This document shows positions 1 through 10,115 of a DNA stretch of 64,000 nt, piece by piece. Position numbers and translations under genes: made by a program. Source of the stretch: Gonapodya sp. JEL0774 (taxonomy: Eukaryota); the NCBI GenBank assembly GCA_027604505.1, contig JADIIX010000124.1, positions 1 to 64,000 of the forward strand, written 5' to 3'. The notes under the pieces are model-generated. The model did not search any database. It saw only the letters and a list, made by a program, of their open reading frames with translations, and was not told where the DNA came from. The first letter of the stretch is position 1. Each line of letters begins with the position of its first letter.

Positions 1-1391
1 GAACGAAATCATGGGTTTTAACGTGCCATCACGAGAAGGATGTGTTGACCAGGTGGCACTGGCCATGTGGAAGGCCTTCTTTGATGTTGAGAGATTTGAA
101 ACAGCCAACCACAAGTTTGCGTTGAGGTGCGTACGAATTTGGGTGATCACGTTTTGGAGTCATGGTAATCTTGACGATTGGTCATTCTTCCATCCACCCC
201 TTCACTACCAACAACTTCACTCAGCATTCGGTCAGATGGCACAAGTTTGCGGCTGCATATGCGGAAGCCCGTGGCGTCTGGAGTGCCGCTCAAATTGTCA
301 GAGTATTTGAAGAAACCTCCTGAGGAACGAAGCTTGGTTGGAAAGCGGGTGGGATCCTGTGATCCAGGTCGAGACCACACGACATTTCACGCATCAGTGG
401 ACGTCCCCGACAACCTCAAGATGCCTCGACCGTATCTCCGCACAAAAGACGATTCTGGATGGGATGCTGACTACAATAGTGGCTTCTCTACAAGGGAGTA
501 CTACGATCTCGCAGGTTTCACCTCCGCCAGGTGAGCCTATTGCTGGCATGTGGAGACTTGGAATTTTAAGCAAGTTTAAACTCAAAATGTTTGTACATTG
601 GCAGGAATCTCCGCCAAAAGTGGATGGACAACAACAAGGAGATACGGCGAATAAATAAGAACATGCCCTCCCCCAAAACTGCGGAACCAGCCAGCCTACA
701 CCTGTATCTCGTGTTTTTCCTGAATCATTTGGGGCAAATGCTTGACTTCTATAGTCAGCATTGTTGGAGAAAGTGAGTGAACGAGTCATGATTTTGTGAT
801 CACGCAACGAAATGGTGATCTTTTGAATTTATCGCTCCACCTTTCCCACGCAGGCTTCGATTCAAGTCCAAGATTGGCCAACAACGGGCCCTTTCAAAGC
901 TCGTCGAGCGATTTACCCAAGGAAGAAAGCCGTCCGATTGCATCATTGCATGGGGTGCCGCCTCGTTCAACCAGTCCAGTCCCGGACATCCTACGAGTCC
1001 CAACAAACTCATTCGTAGAATGTTTGTGTCTGCTGGAGTGTTGGTAGTACTTATCGATGAATTTCGGACAAGTCGGATCTGCTCTGTTTGCCATGAATAT
1101 TTTCCCAAGAACCAAGGGGTAAAACAGAAGCTATGGGGTGTGAGGTGAGTGGTTTTGAAAGTTCCAAGCTCATCTGCCAACTGGTTTTAGCACAATGTTA
1201 TATTTTGTATTCGTGTTTTGCACTCAAACTTCAACAGATCATGTTCAACTCCAAACTGTGGTGTCACTTGGAACCGCGACCTAAATGCCGCGAGGAACAT
1301 TCTCTATCTCTTCTTCTACGCAAACGCGCGCTTCATTGAGGGTGTCGACCGTCAGATCCAACCCGGCCACTTCAACCGAAGGAACAACTAA
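1..1391 (+). CDS. Fanzor (Fanzor1-like, TnpB-family RNA-guided endonuclease), 5' end outside window, 5 exons visible
   Basis: Exons <1-126, 225-530, 605-772, 854-1144 and 1238-1391, joined by GT-AG introns, give one open frame: ...WKAFFDVERFETANHKFALSIRSDGTSL...RVGSCDPGR (RuvC-I D, 361-363)...STREYYDLAGF...LRFKSKIGQQRALSKL...IIAWGAASF...VVLIDEFRTSRICSVCH (RuvC-II E, 1059-1061; CxxC)...LWGVRSCSTPNCGVTWNRDLNAARNIL (RuvC-III D, 1278-1280)...RRNN*. Confidence 0.92.
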
Positions 1392-1559
1392 ACTCTCGCA
1401 TCGACCTTCATTGTGGGTATCTTACTGTGTATTGTCCTTCTTTCAAAAGACTAACTGCGGTTTATTTAAGTTTTGATTTCATTATCTTTCTGTTCTCACA
1501 ATCCACATCCCAGATCTCCATCTCCTCAATCAATTTTCGAATTTCTTTTTTCGTCCACG

Positions 1560-1860
1560 GTATCTCTCCCAAACCATAGGGAGGTGCTTATGATCCTTCA
1601 GGTGAAGCACTTGGCTCGGTGGGGCCCCTTACTGGGTCCTGGCAGGTTGGTGTAGCTACTTAGGCAGTCTGGGATCCCTGGGCAGGTGAGATGACGGAGT
1701 GGCTCACCAACCTGGAGCAAAATCTGATGCTGGAAAGATACTAGTACAAGTAGTTGTGTGCGTTTAGTGTCTGTGCACCGGGTGCACAGACCTCCTACTG
1801 CCCTTGAAATACTTGTACATCTGTACTCTCGAATGAACTTTCCTCGCATAACATAGAAAT
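1560..1860 (+). ncRNA. Candidate Fanzor omega-RNA scaffold / structured right end of the element
   Basis: Dense inverted repeats downstream of the Fanzor stop: ctccc/gggag (1566-1583), gtgctt/aagcac (1584-1610), gggccc/gggtcc (1622-1639), caggttggtg/caccaacctg (1643-1652/1705-1714), and gtacaagta/tacttgtac (1744-1752/1810-1818) enclosing the hairpin tctgtgcacc-g-ggtgcacaga (1770-1790). The RNA identity is inferred. Confidence 0.5.
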
Positions 1861-1861
1861 C

Positions 1862-2208
1862 ATGCACACTCATTCGAAATAGATTGCTAGAGCTGCATTA
1901 CTTGATTTCTATTGTAAAAATATGAACTAAGCACATACACATGTGATAATCTACTGAGGGGATGTTTACAGGAACAAGTCAATCTACGATCCCGGTAGAT
2001 GGATGCGGAACGAGAGTTTAGTGAACGTTAGCCGTTGCAGGAGGGCCCTGCAACGTTGCCCGGGGACCACCACGGGGAGGTGTTCACTGCGGTTCAGAGG
2101 ACATTGAGACACAAACGACGAAGAAAGGGAGGAAGAACTCATGGGCCACGAAGGCAAACTCACCTATAGGTCCCCATTATATAAATTTCATTCCAACTCG
2201 ATTCATCA
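1862..2208 (+). repeat. Dispersed repeat family A, left part (inverted copy at ~37589-37929)
   Basis: The stretch aacgttagccgttgcaggagggccctgcaacgttgcccggggaccacca...gaagaaagggaggaagaactcatg...aaggcaaactcacctataggtccccat matches the reverse complement of 37.6-37.9 kb. Confidence 0.85.
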
Positions 2209-4285
2209 GCCATCTTCGCACCATTTGCCTACATACGATACCCCCCCGGACGTCGCATAGCCCGCAGGCGACCACGCGTCGTCCTGGGCACACCAACCCA
2301 CTCCCTGGGTAAACCCATATCTGAGGAGTGGGCGGAGGGCTTTCATCGGAGAGTTGGGATTGACCGAGCAGGAACCGTCCACTATGCGCATCGTTCTGCT
2401 CCACGCTGGCGTAGTTGATGCACGAGCGACTTGGGGTTGCCCCCAAGAACAACATGGCCGAAACCATGATGCCACGTTCACAGGGGATGGCACGCACAAG
2501 GACGAATCCAAGCTTGTGTTCCTCCGCTGGCTACTGGTCGCACCACCTTGTCCGGCACGCACTGGCGTGTAGGCTAGGCTCTAAAAGCAAAATCGAAGGA
2601 TGGCGTCAATTGAGAATGAGAACGATGCCATCAAAAGGGTTTGCCGGCGACTCACGCGACATGACGGCTGGATTGGTGAGTGGGTGTCGATTTCATGGTC
2701 GAAAAGTTTGGGAGCAACGAATTCAGGTTGGCCTTTTATATGCCTTCGAGGGTGCAGCAAAGTGTGCACTGCGCATGGGTCGCAGCTCCTTTGCCACGAA
2801 AATGTGCCGCAGCACAATCGGCATACACAAGCCTTGCCCCGAAGATGCCGGTATCACGTCCTCGGAACGCGTAGAGGTGCAATCAAATTATTGATGGGAC
2901 GCTCTGGCAGATTCTTGGCTGGCGAACCGAACGATGTCTTCATTTCCTCGATTGAACGCTTCATTGTCAACAAAACGCATATGCAAGTTTCCATTTAGGT
3001 TTTGCTTGTACCTTTCGAACAAGCAGGCTTCAAAAGAGGTTCCGGTTGTCCAGCTCGACGAAAGGGGCGGCCCAGAGCCACGTGAAGGCCCAGAATAGCA
3101 CGAATAATCAACAATCAGCTCAATCAAAGAGATTCTTCACGCGCGTGAACAGAAGACTCCCTGGTTTTATCCACCTCCTGCTTCGTTCCATCGTCGGGAC
3201 CGTCCGCCCAGACACTAAAGACCCGAGTGTACGCCCGAAACCTGCAAATGTGTCTCGTACGAATGTAAGCGGGGCGTTTGAGACGACCCGGCTGTGGTGA
3301 AGAGCGTCCCCTGAGCTCGTGTTGGGCGCCTTCCACCCAGCGTCACAGACGTGATCCATTCTGCCTCACACTGCGTTGGACCGCGTTCCAGCTCCACTCG
3401 AGGTCGGTACGAAGTCAATTCCAGGAGAAATACTGCGCAAATCGACTGTGAAAGACTGTTTGGCAAGTGGCAACACACGTCATCCTTGCACTGAGGCTCC
3501 CAAGATACACACTGGTCAGTGTATTCACACGCCACCACCGCATCCCACGTAAACAAAAGATCGATTGTTTCTTTTCAACATCCAGGTTCTTCCATCTCAC
3601 TCACGCGGGGCCGTTCCCCACTCCTTTCCACACTTTCCGTCGTCCTCTGCAAGCCCTGGCATGTCGCATCCGCACATGTTTTTTACTCAATCCATCAGTG
3701 ACTGGTCATAACTGATCGGACTATTACGGAGAGGACCGCTTCGTGCCGTTCAGAGAACGTCTTCCGAGTCATGTACATATCTCTACCATTATTGACGCAA
3801 ACTGATAGTGGCATATTCAGCCTCCTCAGTGCACTTCCAATGTGTGACTTCCATCATTCGTTACACCTTTATAATTCCAAAACCGGGACAGATGGCATGG
3901 GATGTTCGGAATTGCGAATGGGGGGGACGGAAGGGGCTCGTCATGCCGACGTGCCGGCCGGACAGCTCCGTTCGGTAGCTGTGGAGCTGTAGAGCGATAA
4001 ATAATTCCGTTGCAAGTGATTGTAGTGGTGTTGGTGGGAGCACAGATCGCTGCTTGTTGTTACCATTATTCGTGGCGAGTATGTTGACCAGGCAAAATTG
4101 GTGCCTGCACGCGGTTGTTTGGTCACAGTGGAACATTCCCGCAAAGCTCGCGCTTTTAATTTGGGGTTTATCTTGAGGTGGAGGTTCAAATTGTGAGCAT
4201 GGGAGTACAATTTTCGTTTTCGTATCTCTCTCGCGCTCCTCAATCTTGTACTAATAAATCATCTGCACAGTGCGGTCTCAACTGT

Positions 4286-4520
4286 TTCATCACATCCGCG
4301 GTAGCCTTATGGACTGTATCCACATCGTTAGCGTACACGCTCATGTGGTGGATGAGGAACAGAACCCAAACCAGTTTTAAATCAGCGTGTTCGACCGAGA
4401 CAAGCGTTACCCTGAACCAAACTCCGTGAGCGAAAACGATCCGTGAGCATAGGGTCACCATCCAACAGCAGAACATGTACTCTCGAGACTAGTTCCCCTT
4501 TTGGGGCCCGGATTCTCTCG
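4286..4520 (+). repeat. Dispersed repeat family A, right part (inverted copy at ~37352-37595)
   Basis: cttatggactg..tc.acatcgt...cgctcatg..gtggatgagga...aacccaaa...cgatccgtgagcata...gtactctcgag...agttccc..ttt.ggg.cc.g.attctctc is shared with the reverse complement of 37.35-37.6 kb. Confidence 0.8.
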
Positions 4521-4849
4521 CAATCGTAAAATGAGGTTGGATTACGGGCAGCAACTTTCCGGAGCGCAATCTAGACGGGGTCCGTCTCTGCCCCTCCTCC
4601 GTAGCGTTGGATTGCTGGTTGCCAACTCAAGAAGCACCGGACTTCTAAACCGGGCATGCCGGGTGGATTGTCTTAGATCCTGTCCCGGACTCACTGAAAT
4701 CACCAAGCAAAGCGGATTATAGACAGTGCATGATCTGGCCCCGATGCATGATTAGATGAAAAGCATGGGATTCAGTTTGTGAGACTGTCTTGGAAATGTT
4801 CCTCGTTCTGAGTCCGTCCAGAGAGGACAGGGGGTGTGTTGCACAAGCA

Positions 4850-4979
4850 GTCGGAGATTATTGTCCACAGGCTGGTAGCCAAAGAACCCAAGCCCTGTCA
4901 GGCGACGCAAAAGGAAAACGAATTTAGAGGCTGACCAGTTGCAAAACGCCTGGAAGGATCTTTGGCGATGCATTTCTTA
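4850..4979 (+). repeat. Dispersed repeat family B, copy 1 (direct copy at 13710-13825)
   Basis: gtcggagatt...tgtccacaggc...agaacccaagccctgt.aggcgacgcaa...ggaaaac.aatttagag.ctgaccagt...cctggaaggatctttggcgat.catttctta is present at both sites. Confidence 0.85.
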
Positions 4980-6073
4980 GATGACGAATCCCCAAGTTGC
5001 TGTACCGCGCCACTTTGGTAAAACATATCAGTGAAGGCCGGTCCCATCCTCAACTTCTGCAGAACCACACTGCACTCAACCACGGCCTATGACAATTTTG
5101 TGATGAAGATGTCGTCGACATGTATTGATGTTTTTTCCTCACAATGTCAGGACCAACCAACAGGTACGCCCAAACATTCGTTGTGGGTCGAGAAGAGACA
5201 TGTCATCTTCCCGTGAATTTCAAGTTCGGGGAGCAAGTCTCAATCAGATTATAGCTCAATTACTATTGTTTGGCTCTCATGCCCATCTCCTAAGATTCCT
5301 CCTGGAGGTTATACCAAGCCACTTCCCGGATTGCTTGTTAGATCTGGTCCCGGACTCGCAAACACTTGGGATTTTTGGGAGACTCAGCTGTGAGGTTTTT
5401 TCTATGCTCGCACGATGGTCCACTGATCAGTTACACCACAATCCCCAATTCAGCTTGGAAGATCACGTGATTTGGGGGAGCGGATGGGATAATGTGAGAA
5501 TTAGACAAACAATTATTTAAGATTGCCCTTCTTTGATTTCTGTACAGATTAGCATCGGTGGATTACTTTTCTTTGTTTCACTGCAGATTCCCTATACTCT
5601 CTTGGTGGAAGTGATCATCCAGAAGTACTCGTTGACAGCGCAAGTTTGACGCAGTGCTTCACTGCACCGTTGATGCCTTTGATTGAGGACTAACTCTACC
5701 GAGATGACCAGGAGTATATGATAGCAATAGCGATCTGTTAGTGCCGGTGTCCAAAATAGCTAATAGTAACTGGACGATGCGTTAAGAACCTCAGAGCTCA
5801 GAGGCTGGGCAATGATCAATGACTGTTTCTGGCATAGTGTATATGTTAAACTTACTTCTTGATTTTCGTTATGCGTGAGGAAAGGTGGTGGTGGCAAATC
5901 TGTTTGATGAGAGTGTGCATCTGTTCCAACCAGTTCGAGACCTCGCCGCTGACAGCAACCGCCGGACTTCACAACAGCAACAAGCTTTCCTCTCACGAAT
6001 TCAAGCGTGCTTCTTCTCCTTTCGCCACCCTTATAGCATTCTCAACATCACTTGTTCACCCGAGCTCTGCTAA

Positions 6074-8150
6074 ATGTCCAACACGACCCTTACAACCGCT
6101 GGAATGGAGATGCCGCCGAGGGAGAACGCCGATTCTGTGAAGTCCTCGGGAGATATTTTCTACGAACTCTATGAGAAACAGACCACGCTCGTGCGGCAGC
6201 TTCGTTGCCTTGACAGGGTGAGAAACTTTGCGTCCATCATGGGGGATTCTTCTTGAACTCTGTTGTCGTCTTGTTTGTGATGCAGGCATGTAGTCACATC
6301 CCAGAGGGGGCTCAAAGGCTCGACATATCCACTGACGTAGTGAGAATTCTCATCGTCTCGGCAGAGCGGAAACAAGTAACATGTATTCACGAAAGCATCC
6401 TTAACGCAATCGGATACTTCGCGACATTCCGGGATAGCTTGGATGCTTCCATTTCCGCAGAGATCATGGACTACATAGCCGACTTGGTGAGCAGTCCGGT
6501 CCTTTGTCTCGCATGATACGCTCTCACTGAAATAACGAGGGGTAGGCGAAACCCTTGGTCGTATACAAAAATTTTCAGGGGCATTGCTACGACGCCGTAC
6601 AATTTATCGAGAAGGAGAAAGCCAAATCGAAGTCCACAACGTGCAAAGAGCTTCTCGTGAGTCATTTCCAACGTCAACAATTGATACCGTCTTCATCTGC
6701 AATCTACAATCCCGCAGATACAAATTGACCTGACCCTTCCGCCAAATGAGGGGCTCACGACATTGTTGGGGGCCTCAGGTAAGTTCATGGTGGTGGTGGT
6801 AAGTATATGGCACCGTTGTTTGAATTCTCTCGGGTCACCAGGGCGGTGGCTTCCCAACGCTCAAGCGATAACCAAAAAAGTCAATTACAAATCTGCGGAG
6901 ACATTCAAAATTATCACTGACGCGATCTTTCACCCATCGAATGAATTTGTCCTGGACTTTACTGCTGCTCCGACACTGAGTGTGGAACTTTCGAATTTTA
7001 TTGTGGCCAGAGTTGCGCGGAGTGACATGCTGGCTGCCGCAAAGATCCACATTGGTCAAAATATTGTCAATATCATCGCAACGAAGCTTACCGAGCCATT
7101 TGCTCGGGCTGACTGCCCTCAAATCCTGAAAGCTTTAGCTCTTGACATTCGGGGACTCATATCCAGCGGGTCTTTTTATGGCTCCGACGGTGATAGTCTA
7201 CAATACTTAACGGGGGTTCTGAATTCTATTTTGAGCGGGAGCGACTTGTTGCGTGAGGAGAAGTACCTTCCTCAACCAATCAGCATCCCGCACTTCTCAC
7301 GGATCAGGAGTTTGCTGTTACCAATTGTGAACAAAAGCATGAGACAGCGTTTGAGTGAGCTTAACAAAAGCGCTCAGAATTTGACAAGTACGTTCAGAAT
7401 GTGATGAAGGGGTCTCCTCCATTTTTCTTCTCTGCTCATAAGTCAAGCAATTAGATCGAACAGCAGAAATGAATATTGAGACACATGATTTACTTGGACA
7501 AAATACAAACGAGATAATTGAAGTCGTGAATGAAGCCCAACAAGTGATCAGGAGAGAGCTGCCGACGTGGTACGATCCAACTCTCAATGACTTCTTCAAA
7601 TAGTATTTCTTTAACATGCCTTAACTTTCAGGCTCAGGGACTTTGTCGAGAACACAACAAAAGATACCCATGCGTTTGCGCGTTTGATTCTGACGCATCA
7701 TTCACAACCAGGTCACTGTCCAACACTGCTTCCGACCAGCATATACACAAAAACACTCGTCGAAGTTATGTCAATCAAAGCTCCGCAAAATATTGTCGTG
7801 CCGAGTACCGGATCGTTTGCCATTGGTATTGTACCCTTGCATGACGTTGCCACTATGGCAGCGGATATCAAAGAAATGATAGATGAGCAAGGTGAGCAAG
7901 TGTTTTAGATGACCATCCAAATAGAGCAAATAATGCACCTCACCTTGAACATGTTCCGACAAAGGCTCCATCATCAACCAGATTCAAGATTGCATCTTGT
8001 CCGCCCGACGATATCAGATTTCATTGATCTATGAATTTTGCAAGTGGGCATCCTCCTTATGCAACGAGTAAGTTCAATGTCTTACTTTGGGAGTGGATTT
8101 GTATTCGAACACAACATATCTTTAGGCTCGTTGAGCGCGATCTGATAAAT
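6074..8150 (+). CDS. Hypothetical multi-exon protein, mostly alpha-helical in character
   Basis: Consecutive + strand ORF pieces (6074-6217, 6286-6486, 6763-7388, 7443-7569 and beyond) are separated by GT-AG-bounded gaps. No motif was recognised, and the 3' end is approximate. Confidence 0.5.
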
Positions 8151-8439
8151 ACAACAGAGACACCATAGCAACCTCGGTTGCATTGCGGAATCAAGAATTT
8201 CTGTTTGGATAAGCTCTCACAAATGCTCTTATGTATCAGCGGATAATAATAGAAGAAATATCACACGTGTTTGTCAACATAGAGAGTGAGCTCGAGGCGA
8301 TTTTATAAGTGTGAGACGCCCTGCAACAATAAGAATGTTTTGTATCTGATGAACACTATCGTGAATGCTCTAATGTATTAGCACTGACTGCCATGTGTAA
8401 CTGCAGCTTAGTAGTCCTGAATGACATTTCAAAATAAGA

Positions 8440-10050
8440 CTATAAACTAACACGAGAGAGATAATGTTCCTCCGATGGAAACCGAAATGTGAGTCCAGAA
8501 GAGGGCCGATTGGATAGCAATGGTATTTCAAGGTCAAGGCTTCCCGAGTTGTGACAAGCAGTGAAACGCTCATTTTCATGCTGTTCTATTGTCCCGGGAC
8601 TTTTCAGAAGTCCTCCATATGCTCTCATTTTCAGTCGTCTGAGTACCATTCCCCTTTGTAGCGAATACGGAATCTCCCCCATTTCGAAAAACGGGTCAGC
8701 TCCTCGGGCCAATTTTTCGGCAATCATGTTATATAGGTTGCGTCCAGCCGCATTGCGACTGTAATTGTACTCGAACATTCGAGGACATTGCCCGCGACAC
8801 TTTCCCATTCCAATAGACATCAGAAATTTAGAAGCGAGAGATTGGCTCTTATATGTAGCACTGTCGCAGTTGCTTGTCGATGTTGGTGATGTCGGTGGAA
8901 CTTGCAAAGCTCGCTCCAAAGCGGAACGAACCTCCGCTTCTGACCATCCTAAACTCTTGACCATCTTGCTCACAACGGCTGGTTCAATTTCTTGAACTTG
9001 GTGGAAGCTCCCAATAAAGTTGGTGGGTTCGCTCAGGTTATGCTTTACTCTGATATGCTTGGCCCACGATGAGGAGAGTGCGTCGGCAATGTTTGGGCGC
9101 TGATCAGCATCAAATTGCAGCATATCTTTGAGAAGTGCCGCAAGTTCCGGGGCAAGTCTTTTCTTGTCCATCAACAAGCATCTTCTTTTACAGACGGTAG
9201 GTGATAGACCACCATCTTCATTGGGGTTGCGGTATGCATGTTGCAGCTGGGCAACTGTCAATCCAAGAGAGTAAACATCGCTTTTCTGGGACACGAATGC
9301 AAAACGATTCCTGCATTCTGGAGCTTCGTACGCTCGGGTACCACCGAGAAATCGAACAGTGCCGTCTGACAGTGCTTGGAGGACTGTACCCCAATCGACC
9401 AACGTGGGCGTTCCATCCTCGCTCACCACATAATTTGCGGGCTTTACATCACCGTAATAGAATCCAAACATATGGACATTGTTGAGCCCAATAAAGAGTC
9501 GGTACAGCAACAGTTCAAAAATTGCATCAAACTTTCTCTTGCCCGAGGGGGAGCTTCGAGCTTGAACTCCAAGTGACTTCGCAAATTCAAGGGCAGTTAA
9601 ATCGCCTGCATGAGCAGTAACAATATAAAGAGAGTCCAGTGTCTGCACGACCTGCAGAGTTTCTGCTAGGTATTCCAATCCTGATAGAAGTAGACCGGTT
9701 TGTGCTTCTGCTACGTTTGGTGACAGTGTGAATTGGTCCCCAGTTGTCTTCTTGATGACTACGAAGCGGCCGCTCTTCTTATCTTGCGCTTTCCAGACTT
9801 CAATTGACTGTCCACCGGCCACCAGCGGAGAGAAGTTTTCATAATCGGCGGCAAATATGTCCTGAGCCGTCATTCCAGAGTTCTTCACATAGACAAATAC
9901 TTGATCTCTGTGATCGCGTTGAGAGTCTAACTTCTCAGAAATCGCTTGCGGCTCGTAAGAAGACTCTTCGTTTGTGATTTTGGCTTGGCCTGAAAAGTAC
10001 AAACATTCGTATTGGGATGCATGGTCTCGAATCAGACGATGTGGAATCAC
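8440..10050 (-). CDS. Divergent Ser/Thr protein kinase (single long ORF)
   Basis: VVIKK (subdomain II), YGDVKPANYVV (catalytic loop), LVDWGT (DFG variant), GGTRAYEAPE, KSDVYSLG and RPNIADAL. The first in-frame ATG is near 9873. Confidence 0.85.
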   Translation of the reverse strand: MIPHRLIRDHASQYECLYFSGQAKITNEESSYEPQAISEKLDSQRDHRDQVFVYVKNSGMTAQDIFAADYENFSPLVAGGQSIEVWKAQDKKSGRFVVIKKTTGDQFTLSPNVAEAQTGLLLSGLEYLAETLQVVQTLDSLYIVTAHAGDLTALEFAKSLGVQARSSPSGKRKFDAIFELLLYRLFIGLNNVHMFGFYYGDVKPANYVVSEDGTPTLVDWGTVLQALSDGTVRFLGGTRAYEAPECRNRFAFVSQKSDVYSLGLTVAQLQHAYRNPNEDGGLSPTVCKRRCLLMDKKRLAPELAALLKDMLQFDADQRPNIADALSSSWAKHIRVKHNLSEPTNFIGSFHQVQEIEPAVVSKMVKSLGWSEAEVRSALERALQVPPTSPTSTSNCDSATYKSQSLASKFLMSIGMGKCRGQCPRMFEYNYSRNAAGRNLYNMIAEKLARGADPFFEMGEIPYSLQRGMVLRRLKMRAYGGLLKSPGTIEQHENERFTACHNSGSLDLEIPLLSNRPSSGLTFRFPSEEHYLSRVSL

Positions 10051-10115
10051 CCACTATTTAAACATGAGGTCTTCACATTTGTCAATGAAGTCTACAATGC
10101 AATATGAATGAGGAT

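Noticed and set aside
1770..1889. Helitron 3' end (hairpin plus CTAG) for the Fanzor element
   Set aside because: The nearest downstream CTAG (about 1886) is ~95 nt from the hairpin and falls inside repeat A, which is too far for a typical Helitron terminus. The host element class stays unassigned.
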